A stretch of DNA of 64,000 bases from Rhodanobacter sp. GTDB lineage: Bacteria; Pseudomonadota; Gammaproteobacteria; Xanthomonadales; Rhodanobacteraceae. Position 1 is the first letter of the stretch. Each line of letters opens with the position of its first letter. Both the position numbers and the translations under genes were made by a program. The notes under the pieces are model-generated. The model searched no databases, was not told the origin of the DNA, and was given only the letters and a program-made list of their open reading frames with translations. The stretch is taken from positions 52,286-116,285 of the forward strand of contig JBDTBF010000045.1 of the NCBI GenBank assembly GCA_039924175.1, read 5' to 3'. Of the stretch, positions 9,530 through 18,230 are shown piece by piece.

Positions 9530-11266
9530 ATGGCGGCAGTGATGGTGCCAACAATTGGCGGAGCGGAAGGCGCGGCGGACCATCGCGAGGCGGAAGTCTG
9601 TGCCTTGTTGGTGGCGCGTGGACGTCTGAAAGAAGGTGATCTGAGCCGCGCTCGTCGCTTGCACGAGGAGTCGGCTGAGGGCACCTTGACCACCTTGATG
9701 GCGCGGTTGGGTCTGGTGTCCGAACATGACTTGGCCCAAGCGTGGGCTGAGAAACTGAGCGTGCCGTTACTGGCCGCGAAAGATGCGCCCGAATTGCCAC
9801 CGGCCGATCTGGAAGTGTCCCTGCGTTTTCTGAAGCAGCAGCACGTGGTGCCAGTACAAGACAGAGAGACTGGCTTGGCGCTAGTGGTTGCCGATCCGGC
9901 TGATCCTTATCCGTTGCAAGCCGTCCAGCTGGCGGCGGGTCGGCCGGTGGCTTTGTGGGTGGGTTTGCGTTCAGAAATTGACGATTTGATCGAGCGCTAC
10001 TACGGTACCGGCCGTTCGGCGATGGGCACCATTGTGGAAAACCTCGATGGCAGCACCACGGAAGAAGACGATGACGTGGAACACTTGCGTGACCTAGCGT
10101 CGGAAGCGCCGGTGATTCGCTTGGTCAATCTGATCTTGCAGCATGCGGTGGAGCAGCGTGCTTCGGACGTCCATATCGAACCGTTTGAGAGCCGCTTGAA
10201 GGTGCGCTATCGCATTGATGGCGTGTTACATGAAGTAGAAGCGCCGCCGTCCAGCTCCACGGCGGCGGTGATCTCGCGCGTGAAAATTATGGCGCGGATG
10301 AATATCGCTGAACGCCGCTTGCCGCAGGATGGCCGCATTCAATTGCGGGTGCAGGGCAAGGAGTTGGACCTACGTGTTTCCACGGTGCCAACCAGTTTTG
10401 GTGAGTCGGTGGTCATGCGTATTCTTGATCGTGAATCGGTGGTGTTTGATTTTTCGTCGTTGGGTTTCACCGACAGCTTTCAGCAGCGTTTTGTGGACGT
10501 ATTGCAACGCCCGCATGGCATTTTGTTAGTGACTGGCCCGACCGGCTCAGGCAAAACCACCACGCTGTATACCGCACTAGCGCGTATCAATACGCCAAGC
10601 GTAAAAATTATTACGGTGGAAGACCCGGTTGAATACCAGTTGGAAGGTATCAACCAGATTCAAGTGAAGCCTCAGATCGGTCTGGATTTTTCCGGTGCTT
10701 TGCGCTCGATCATGCGGCAAGATCCCGACGTGATCATGATCGGCGAAATGCGCGATCTGGAAACTTGTCGCATTGCCATTCAATCGGCGTTGACCGGTCA
10801 CTTGGTATTGTCAACGCTGCATACCAATTCGGCCGCGGGCGCGATCACGCGTTTGCTCGATATGGGCGTAGAAGATTACCTGCTGGGTTCCACCATCAAC
10901 GGCATTCTGGCGCAGCGCTTGGTGCGCCGGCTCGATCCGGAAACAGCCATTTCATACGAGGCGCTGCCCGAAGTCGTGGAACAATTTGAATTGGAAAAAT
11001 ATACCGACGAACGCCCCATTCGCCTGTGGAAACCCGGCACTAGCGCCGCCAACCCGAGCGGCTATCGCGGCCGTCGCGCCATCATGGAGTTTCTGACCAT
11101 GAGTGACCCGCTGCGTCGGTTGGTGATGAAGCGCTCAGATGCTGGTGAAATCGAGCGACAAGCTTGCGCCGAAGGCATGCGCACCATGTACGAGGATGGT
11201 ATCGGCAAGGCGATTGCCGGTATCACCACGTTGGAGGAGGTGCTGCGTGTTACGCAAGAAAGCTAG
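9530..11266 (+). CDS. gspE: Type II secretion ATPase GspE/XpsE
   Basis: N-terminal MshEN-like region, ASDVHIEP, Walker A GPTGSGKTTT, TVEDPVE, RQDPDVIMIGEMRD, LSTLHTN. Start uncertain (9527, 9530 or 9542). Confidence 0.96.
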   Translation: MAAVMVPTIGGAEGAADHREAEVCALLVARGRLKEGDLSRARRLHEESAEGTLTTLMARLGLVSEHDLAQAWAEKLSVPLLAAKDAPELPPADLEVSLRFLKQQHVVPVQDRETGLALVVADPADPYPLQAVQLAAGRPVALWVGLRSEIDDLIERYYGTGRSAMGTIVENLDGSTTEEDDDVEHLRDLASEAPVIRLVNLILQHAVEQRASDVHIEPFESRLKVRYRIDGVLHEVEAPPSSSTAAVISRVKIMARMNIAERRLPQDGRIQLRVQGKELDLRVSTVPTSFGESVVMRILDRESVVFDFSSLGFTDSFQQRFVDVLQRPHGILLVTGPTGSGKTTTLYTALARINTPSVKIITVEDPVEYQLEGINQIQVKPQIGLDFSGALRSIMRQDPDVIMIGEMRDLETCRIAIQSALTGHLVLSTLHTNSAAGAITRLLDMGVEDYLLGSTINGILAQRLVRRLDPETAISYEALPEVVEQFELEKYTDERPIRLWKPGTSAANPSGYRGRRAIMEFLTMSDPLRRLVMKRSDAGEIERQACAEGMRTMYEDGIGKAIAGITTLEEVLRVTQES

Positions 11267-11398
11267 CCAACCATGGGTAGGAGCGAGGAAACAGGGTAGT
11301 TTGGATGCGCTTCTCGCAGATGCTGCACCCGTCCTTTCGGGCGGGATGTCGCAGAACGACAACTTGTTTCTCACTCCTCGTTCTTCGTCCCTCGCCCT

Positions 11399-12616
11399 AT
11401 GAGCCAGTTCCAATACAAAGCAGTGAGCGATGCCGGTGAAACGCTGCACGGGCAGATGGAGGCGGCTAGCCTGGACGAGGTGATTAGCCGCTTGCAGGAT
11501 CAAGGGCATACGCCGCTGGAAGTGAAACAGGCTGAGGGCGTGGCTGGCGGTCGTGGACTGGCGGGATTATTCAAGCGCGGTCCGTTCAGTGGCGATCAGC
11601 TGGCGCAATTTACCCATCAATTGGCCACCTTGTTGGGTGCTGGTCAGCCGCTCGATCGCGCGTTAACCATCTTGCTGGATTTGCCCGAAGGTGAGTCGGC
11701 GAAAAAACTGGTGGAGCGGGTGCGTGATCGCGTGCGCGGTGGCACCACCTTGTCGTCGGCATTGAATGAAGAGCACGGCGTATTTCCCAAGTTGTATGTC
11801 AGCTTGGTCCGCGCTGGTGAAGCCGGTGGCTCGCTGGAAGAAACGCTGCGCCGTCTGGCCGATTATCTAGAGCGCTCGCAGGCGATGCGCGGCAGTGTCA
11901 TCAACGCGCTGATTTACCCGGCGTTTCTAATGGTCGGCGTACTCGGTTCGTTAGTGCTATTGCTGGCCTATGTGGTGCCGCAGTTCGTGCCCATTTTTGC
12001 CGATATGCAGGTGCCTATTCCGTGGATCACCAAGGTGGTGCTGGTGTTGGGCAATACCTTGCAGGCATGGTGGTGGTTGATGGCATTGGCCATTATTGGC
12101 GGCGTACTGGTGTGGCGCTCGCGCTTGCGCGACCCGACCGCGCGGTTGGCGTGGGATAAGCGTGTGTTGTCGCTGCGCGTGGTGGGGCCGCTGCTGCTGA
12201 AGGTAGAAACCGCACGGATCGCACGCACCTTGGGCACGTTGCTGAAAAATGGCGTGCCCTTGCTCAGCGCGCTTAGCATTACGCGTCAAGTCACCAGCAA
12301 TCGCGCACTCGATGCGGCGTTGGTGGCAGCGCAAGAAGCGGTTAAAGGTGGCACCGGTTTGCACATAGCGATGGAGCATGCGGATCTGTTTCCGCGCTTG
12401 GCGATGCAAATGGTGCAAGTGGGTGAAGAGGCTGGTCAACTGGACATCATGTTGCTGAAAGTTGCGGACACGTTTGAACTGGAGTCAAAGCGCTCCATCG
12501 ACCGGTTGTTGGCAGCCTTGGTACCGACGTTGACGATCGTCATGACGGTCATGGTCGGCATCATCATGGCGGCAATTTTGCTGCCGCTATTGACCCTGAC
12601 CGGCAGCATTCAGTGA
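11399..12616 (+). CDS. gspF: Type II secretion inner-membrane platform GspF
   Basis: FQYKA N-terminus, QLATLL.AG.PL, GEAGGSL, ALIYP, GEEAGQL; follows gspE. Confidence 0.95.
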   Translation: MSQFQYKAVSDAGETLHGQMEAASLDEVISRLQDQGHTPLEVKQAEGVAGGRGLAGLFKRGPFSGDQLAQFTHQLATLLGAGQPLDRALTILLDLPEGESAKKLVERVRDRVRGGTTLSSALNEEHGVFPKLYVSLVRAGEAGGSLEETLRRLADYLERSQAMRGSVINALIYPAFLMVGVLGSLVLLLAYVVPQFVPIFADMQVPIPWITKVVLVLGNTLQAWWWLMALAIIGGVLVWRSRLRDPTARLAWDKRVLSLRVVGPLLLKVETARIARTLGTLLKNGVPLLSALSITRQVTSNRALDAALVAAQEAVKGGTGLHIAMEHADLFPRLAMQMVQVGEEAGQLDIMLLKVADTFELESKRSIDRLLAALVPTLTIVMTVMVGIIMAAILLPLLTLTGSIQ

Positions 12617-12691
12617 TGCGACAGTAGCGTTCGGTCTGACTGGTCGCTGCGGCAAAATTCATTCTTTCAAATCGATTTAGCGAGGCTTTCT

Positions 12692-13117
12692 ATGTACACC
12701 CGGCACCCCCGTCCCACTCGCCGCCAAGGCGGTTTTACCCTACTGGAAATGTTGGCCGTTATCGCGTTGATCGGCATTATCGCGGCGGTCATCGTGCCTT
12801 CGGTTATCGGCAAGCTGGACAAGGGTAAGTACGGCGCCGGCAAGGCGCAGTTGACCACGCTGGGCCAGGACATTGAAAACTACGCGCTGGATAACGGTAC
12901 GGTGCCGCAGCAGTTGCAGGACTTGGTCGTCAAACCCAGCAATGCACCAAATTGGCAGGGTCCTTATGCGAAAGAGTCCGGGCTGAAAGATCCGTGGACG
13001 CACAGCTTCGGCTACAAGGCGCCCGGTGATCACGGTAGTTATGACCTTATTTTCTACGGTCAGGATGGCAAGCCCGGCGGTGAGGGTTTGAGTAAGGATG
13101 TGGGTAATTGGGAGTAA
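12692..13117 (+). CDS. gspG: Major pseudopilin GspG
   Basis: G|FTLLE prepilin motif, YALDNG, NWQGPY, DPW, GQDGKPGGEG. Confidence 0.96.
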   Translation: MYTRHPRPTRRQGGFTLLEMLAVIALIGIIAAVIVPSVIGKLDKGKYGAGKAQLTTLGQDIENYALDNGTVPQQLQDLVVKPSNAPNWQGPYAKESGLKDPWTHSFGYKAPGDHGSYDLIFYGQDGKPGGEGLSKDVGNWE

Positions 13118-13142
13118 GGCGCGCCTTACGGTTGCCGTGAAT

Positions 13143-13661
13143 ATGATCCGCCAGTCAGCGACCTCGCACGTGAACGCATGCAGTCCCAAATGGGTTGTAG
13201 GGCGTTCGCGTGCAGGCAGCAGTCGCGGCTTTACGTTGCTGGAAATGCTGGCGGTCATCGTGCTGATTGGTATCGCCACGGCGGCGGTATCGGTATCGGT
13301 GACGCGAGGCTTGGCTAGCGCGCGAGTGAGTTCCGCCAGCGCCGAGCTTTCGGCCGCGCTGCGTGCCACGCGTACGCAGGCCATCGTGCATGGTGAAACA
13401 CAAAACTTCGATGTGGACACGCAAGCCAACAGCTATCGCAACGTGAAAGGTCGCGATGTCAGCTTACCCAAGGGCATGCGTTTATCGATCACCAGCGCCA
13501 AAGAAGATCAACCCAATTCGCACACCGGGCGTATCCGTTTTTTTCCGGACGGAAGCTCGACCGGCGGGCGCATTACGTTACAAATGGGCAAGCGGCAGTG
13601 GCACGTCAATGTCAGTTGGTTGACCGGCCAAGTCCGTGTTGTGACAGGAATAGTGAAGTGA
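13143..13661 (+). CDS. gspH: Minor pseudopilin GspH
   Basis: G|FTLLEML and IRFFPDGSSTGG...V.WLTG. Start uncertain. Confidence 0.9.
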   Translation: MIRQSATSHVNACSPKWVVGRSRAGSSRGFTLLEMLAVIVLIGIATAAVSVSVTRGLASARVSSASAELSAALRATRTQAIVHGETQNFDVDTQANSYRNVKGRDVSLPKGMRLSITSAKEDQPNSHTGRIRFFPDGSSTGGRITLQMGKRQWHVNVSWLTGQVRVVTGIVK

Positions 13662-14152
13662 CCTGCGTACGCCGAGAAATCGCGCCGGTGCCGCGCCCGT
13701 ATGCGACGCGGTTGTGCCGTCAACCGCTTGCGCACGCGCAAGCCGGTTTCAGTTTGCTTGAAGTGATTGCCGCCATTTTGTTGCTGGCGTTGACCTTTAC
13801 GGCGTTGATGAAAGTGGCAGCCGGTTCCATCAGCCTGACGCAAAACGCAGCCGCGCATAGCGAGGCCGCGATGTGGGCACGCAGCAAGCTGGATAGTGTT
13901 TTTGTGATGGACCCGATCAAGCTAGGTACTAGCTCCGGTCAGTTCGATAAAACCTATCGCTGGCAGTTGCACGTGACGCGCTGGAGTCCGCCGCTGCCAC
14001 CCGAGCAAGCTTCGTCCTTGCAGCTGTATCAGCTTGATTTGAACGTGTTGTGGGGCGCAGCAGCGCGCCCGCGCAGCGCCCATTTTCAGACATTGCGCTT
14101 GGCCGGCCCGCCGCCGGAAGGTTTGCCCGGTGCTGGGCTGGGTGGGCCATGA
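13658..14152 (+). CDS. gspI: Minor pseudopilin GspI
   Basis: G|FSLLEV motif. GTG start overlaps the gspH stop (GTGA). Confidence 0.88.
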   Translation: MTCVRREIAPVPRPYATRLCRQPLAHAQAGFSLLEVIAAILLLALTFTALMKVAAGSISLTQNAAAHSEAAMWARSKLDSVFVMDPIKLGTSSGQFDKTYRWQLHVTRWSPPLPPEQASSLQLYQLDLNVLWGAAARPRSAHFQTLRLAGPPPEGLPGAGLGGP

Positions 14153-14802
14153 AGCGCGCTGGCGGATTTACGCTGTTGGAAGTTTTGGCTTCGCTAGTGT
14201 TGCTGGCGTTGCTGCTGGTGGGCGTGTATTCGGGGCTGCGTAGCGCCACCCACAGCGTGCGTTCCGGGACCGCTGCCATTGATCGCGTCGACCAGATTCG
14301 TTCTGCCCAGCAGTTTTTGCGGCGCGAGCTGGCACAAACGCTGACCCAAGCCATCGCTCACAATAGCAAAGGTGAGGATGTGTACTTTCAAGGTAGTGAG
14401 CACGAGATGCGCTACGTCGCGCCGTTGCCGGGCTATCTGGGCAAATTAGGGCCGCAGTTACAACGCCTCGAATTGGTCGAAGACGACAAGGGCACCTGGC
14501 AACTGGTGCTGACGCTGACCTTGCTACCGCCGGATGGTCGGCCGCCGCAAACGCTTGGTGATCCGCAGGTGCTGCTTGATCACATCAAAAGCGGGACGTT
14601 CCAATATCGCGGCGTTGATGCGGAAGGAAAGCCGGTCGATTGGTCGGGGGTGTGGCCAGATGGTCGCTTACTGCCGCGCTTGGTCAGCATCCAGTTGCAA
14701 ACCGAAGGCAACTATCCGTGGCCGCGACTGGAAGTACCGCTGCGTATCAGCCCCGTCAACGGCGCCGGGCAAACGGCGCCACGCCGGATGGGGTTGCGCT
14801 GA
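14149..14802 (+). CDS. gspJ: Minor pseudopilin GspJ
   Basis: MKRAGG|FTLLEV; ATGA overlap with gspI. Confidence 0.9.
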   Translation: MKRAGGFTLLEVLASLVLLALLLVGVYSGLRSATHSVRSGTAAIDRVDQIRSAQQFLRRELAQTLTQAIAHNSKGEDVYFQGSEHEMRYVAPLPGYLGKLGPQLQRLELVEDDKGTWQLVLTLTLLPPDGRPPQTLGDPQVLLDHIKSGTFQYRGVDAEGKPVDWSGVWPDGRLLPRLVSIQLQTEGNYPWPRLEVPLRISPVNGAGQTAPRRMGLR

Positions 14803-15674
14803 TGCGCACGTCCTCGCCCTTTGCCGCGCGGCAACGTGGTGTGGCGTTGTTGCTGGTGTTGTGGGCGTGCACCTTGCTGGCCGTGCTGCTGGGGGGCTAT
14901 GCGGCCTTGGCACGCACCGAGGGGTTACAGGCGCGCTATCAATTTGCCCAAACCCAAGCGCACTACGCGGCAGAGGCCGGCATTATGCGTGCCGTGTACG
15001 GTTTGCAAGACCCCGTGTTGAAGCAGCGTTGGGTAGGTGATGGGCGCCCGTATACATTCCAGTATGACGGCGCCGCCGTGACCATCTCAGCCATTGGTGA
15101 GAGTGGCAAGGTGGATCTGAACGCCGCCACGCCCGAGGTACTGCAGGGGCTATTTCGCGCCGCTGGGCTGGATCAAACGCAGGCACAAGTGGTGGCAAGT
15201 CATGTGGTGGAGTGGCGCAGTCAACCTAGTCTGGAAGGTGAAGCGGATGCCCGGCGCGCGCAATACGCGGCGGCCGGGCGTCACTATGGGCCGCGAAATG
15301 GTCCGTTCGCCAGCGTCGAAGAATTGCAGCTGGTATTGGGCGTCACACCGGCCTTATATCGTACGCTGGCGCCGGACATCACTGTATGGTCGGGCAACCC
15401 CAGCCCCGACCCAAACATCGCGCCCCCGCTAGCGCTGGCGGCCATTCCCGGCATGAACCAACAACAGCAAGCGCTCGTCTACGCCGCTCGCAAGAAGAAC
15501 GCGAACGATCCTTCGCTGGTCCTCAATAATGGCGTAACGCACAGTATCAAGTCAGCGGCTAAGCTGGCGGACGGCACTCGTGCGATAGTGCGCGCGACGA
15601 TTCGCTTGCAGGCGGGGCAAGTGGGTGTGCAGCCATATGTAGTGCTTCGCTGGCAGGAGGGAAATACTGAATGA
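14802..15674 (+). CDS. gspK: Minor pseudopilin GspK
   Basis: QRG|VALLLVLW, ESGKVDLN, F.SVEELQLVLG; TGATG overlap with gspJ. Confidence 0.92.
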   Translation: MRTSSPFAARQRGVALLLVLWACTLLAVLLGGYAALARTEGLQARYQFAQTQAHYAAEAGIMRAVYGLQDPVLKQRWVGDGRPYTFQYDGAAVTISAIGESGKVDLNAATPEVLQGLFRAAGLDQTQAQVVASHVVEWRSQPSLEGEADARRAQYAAAGRHYGPRNGPFASVEELQLVLGVTPALYRTLAPDITVWSGNPSPDPNIAPPLALAAIPGMNQQQQALVYAARKKNANDPSLVLNNGVTHSIKSAAKLADGTRAIVRATIRLQAGQVGVQPYVVLRWQEGNTE

Positions 15675-16846
15675 GTACGGCAACGCAGTCACTGCGACCG
15701 TTGTGGGAGGGTGTACGCCACGCCTGGCGGACTTCACCTGTGCCAGCATTTCTAGGCTGGTGGGGTGCCGAGTTGCGCGCGCTACTGCCCCCGCGGTGGC
15801 GGGTCTGGTTTAGCGATGGTGCCGATTGGTATTTGTTACAGCGAGTGGATGGCGAGTGGTCGTTGCGCCCTAGCGGCAGTGTCGATCCGGTAGCTCGTTG
15901 GAGTGACGACGCCGATGCTTCGGTGCGCCAGAGCGCGCTGAATGCGGCGTTGCAAAACGTGGATCACATCGATCTGCATATTGCCTTGGTGCTGCCGGCG
16001 ACGGCAGTGCTGCAGCGGACCTTGGCGCTGCCCTTGGCGGCGCGCGACAACTTGCAGCAAGTTGTCGCCTTCGAGATGGATCGGCAAACGCCATTCAGCG
16101 TTGCCGACGTGTACTACAGCGCGCACGCGTTGCCGACGCCGGCGCCAGCGGGCCGGTTCAATGCCGAATTGTTGGTGGTCAGACGGCGTACGCTGGATCC
16201 GCTGTTGGCGAGTTTGCAATCGCTGGGCGTGCCCATTGATGCGGTGGATTTGGCTGTTGGTGCAGGCCGCTTCGGGGCCAACTTATTACCGCCGGCGCAG
16301 GTGCCGAAACGTTCGCATCCGCGTTTGCGTCTGAATCTTGCCTTGGCGGCGGGCGCGGTATTGCTGGTGTTTTTGCTGCTTGGCCAATGGCTACACAATC
16401 GTCAGGCAGTGTTGGAGCGGATGCAGGCGCGCGTAGAAAGCATGCGTGGTGAGGCGCAGCAAGTGGTGTCGCTGCGCCAACAGCTGCAAGATAACGCTGG
16501 TGCTGCCGGCTATTTGGCACAGCGCAAAAAGAATACGGTATCGGTGTTGAGTCTGTTGCAAGACGTGACGACACGCTTGCCAACTACTGCTTGGCTGGAG
16601 CGTTTCAGCGTCGACAACACCGGCCAGATCGGCTTGCAAGGACAAGCCGTGCAGGCGGCGAAATTGCTGGACGCGTTGAAAGATTCTCGTGTGCTGACCC
16701 AAGCCAGCTTTCAAGGCAGTATCCAGGCTGATCCCACCACGGGTAAAGAGCGCTTTTACCTGACCGCCAAGGTGCCGGAACCGATCGTGCAAAAAGCCAA
16801 GTCGGCAGCCGCTGCCGTGCCGGCTAGCAGCGGGAGCCGGCCATGA
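15671..16846 (+). CDS. gspL: T2SS protein GspL (PilN-like C-terminus)
   Basis: FLGWWGAEL, FEMDRQTPF, NLLP, a single TM and a periplasmic coiled coil; operon position. Confidence 0.9.
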   Translation: MSTATQSLRPLWEGVRHAWRTSPVPAFLGWWGAELRALLPPRWRVWFSDGADWYLLQRVDGEWSLRPSGSVDPVARWSDDADASVRQSALNAALQNVDHIDLHIALVLPATAVLQRTLALPLAARDNLQQVVAFEMDRQTPFSVADVYYSAHALPTPAPAGRFNAELLVVRRRTLDPLLASLQSLGVPIDAVDLAVGAGRFGANLLPPAQVPKRSHPRLRLNLALAAGAVLLVFLLLGQWLHNRQAVLERMQARVESMRGEAQQVVSLRQQLQDNAGAAGYLAQRKKNTVSVLSLLQDVTTRLPTTAWLERFSVDNTGQIGLQGQAVQAAKLLDALKDSRVLTQASFQGSIQADPTTGKERFYLTAKVPEPIVQKAKSAAAAVPASSGSRP

Positions 16847-17502
16847 AGATGGTCAAACTTAGTCCTCGCGATAGCCGGCTGGCGGCCGTTGGTTTGTTGC
16901 TGCTGGTTTTAGTGCTTGGCTATTTTCTTCTGCTGCACTGGTGGTTTGTGGCGCCGATGCAACAAATCGGTAGCGACATGGCTGACTTGCGCGATACGCA
17001 AAGTCGCTACGCGGCGGCGTTGGCAGAAAAGCCGGCGTTGGAACAGCGCATCGCTGCCTTGGGCGCAGGCCAGGCCGCCAGTCAGGCGTTTCTGGCGGCC
17101 GACGATACCAGCGCTGCAGCTGCCGACTTGATGCAGCGCGTGGTGGACGTGGTGGCGGCTAACACGAAGGGCGGTAGCTGCGCCGTAAGCCAGAAGATGC
17201 CGCTGCCGAACCCGTCGATAACGGCGGGAGAGCCGTATCAAAAGGCGGCCGTCAGTATCAGTTTGAGCTGTGATATCGAGCCGTTAGCCGCTGTATTACA
17301 AGCGCTTGAACAAGGCGTGCCGTATGTTTTTGTGGACGACATCAGCGTCTACCGCAACCCCGTGGCGGCCAGTCAAAACAGCGCCGCGCCGCTGGAGGTG
17401 CAGTTCACCTTGTCTGGCTATATCCGACCGGTACATCACGCGTTGGCGGCGCTGCCACTGCGCGGTGATAGCGCCAGTGCAGACGCGGAGGCGACGCCAT
17501 GA
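16843..17502 (+). CDS. gspM: T2SS protein GspM
   Basis: N-terminal TM, coiled coil and ferredoxin-like C-terminus (LE...PYVFVD, LEVQF.LSGY); coupled to gspL. Confidence 0.88.
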   Translation: MKMVKLSPRDSRLAAVGLLLLVLVLGYFLLLHWWFVAPMQQIGSDMADLRDTQSRYAAALAEKPALEQRIAALGAGQAASQAFLAADDTSAAAADLMQRVVDVVAANTKGGSCAVSQKMPLPNPSITAGEPYQKAAVSISLSCDIEPLAAVLQALEQGVPYVFVDDISVYRNPVAASQNSAAPLEVQFTLSGYIRPVHHALAALPLRGDSASADAEATP

Positions 17503-18227
17503 AGGCTGCCAGACAGCGTCGGCTGACGCCGCTCTTGATGGTGCTGGTGGTCGTGCTGGCTATTCCGTTATTGATGTTGGTGGCCGGCGTTGGCCGGCAT
17601 GTGCGTTGGGCAGCGCCTCGAGCCGCGGCGGTGTTAACGCCGGCAAGTCAATCAGCTGATTTGCCCCAACCCGTGCCGCTGGAGCAGTTTGCCGTGGTAT
17701 GGCAGAAATCGCTGTTCAGTCCGGATCGCAAGCCGGTCGCACGCGCCTCCGACGGTGGTAGCAGTCTGGGTGATCTGGATCTGACCGGCATCATCATTAC
17801 CCCGACGCTGCGCATGGCGTTGCTGCATGACAAAAACGGCGATAAGCAAGTGCGCGTGCGCGAGGGCGAGGCGCTACCGGACGGCGGTGCCAAGCTGGTG
17901 GAATTGCGCTCGCGTTCGGCTGTGTTCGATGCGCCCTCGGGACGCACCGAGTTGACTTTGCCGGCCGGCGCGCCGATCGACAAGCCGAAAGCCGGTGCTG
18001 GCGAGCGACGTGCTAGTGCCGATGCGAGCCCACGTCCGCCGCCGCCATCGTCCGGCGCGCGGGGGAATGCGCCGGCGGAGGGCAGTGCTGGCGTGGCCGT
18101 AATGACACGCGTCCCCGCTGCCGACACGGCGGCACAGGATGCCGGTGAGCGCGTCAATCAGCTTCGAGAAACTATCAAGAAACGTCGTGCGGCCAGCGCC
18201 GCTGCCGCCAACGAAGGAGTGCGTTAG
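17499..18227 (+). CDS. gspN: T2SS protein XpsN/GspN (GspC-like)
   Basis: TM, LFSPDRKP, LTGIIITP.LRMALL and a low-complexity tail; lies between gspM and gspD as in xps operons. Confidence 0.8.
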   Translation: MKAARQRRLTPLLMVLVVVLAIPLLMLVAGVGRHVRWAAPRAAAVLTPASQSADLPQPVPLEQFAVVWQKSLFSPDRKPVARASDGGSSLGDLDLTGIIITPTLRMALLHDKNGDKQVRVREGEALPDGGAKLVELRSRSAVFDAPSGRTELTLPAGAPIDKPKAGAGERRASADASPRPPPPSSGARGNAPAEGSAGVAVMTRVPAADTAAQDAGERVNQLRETIKKRRAASAAAANEGVR

Positions 18228-18230
18228 TCC

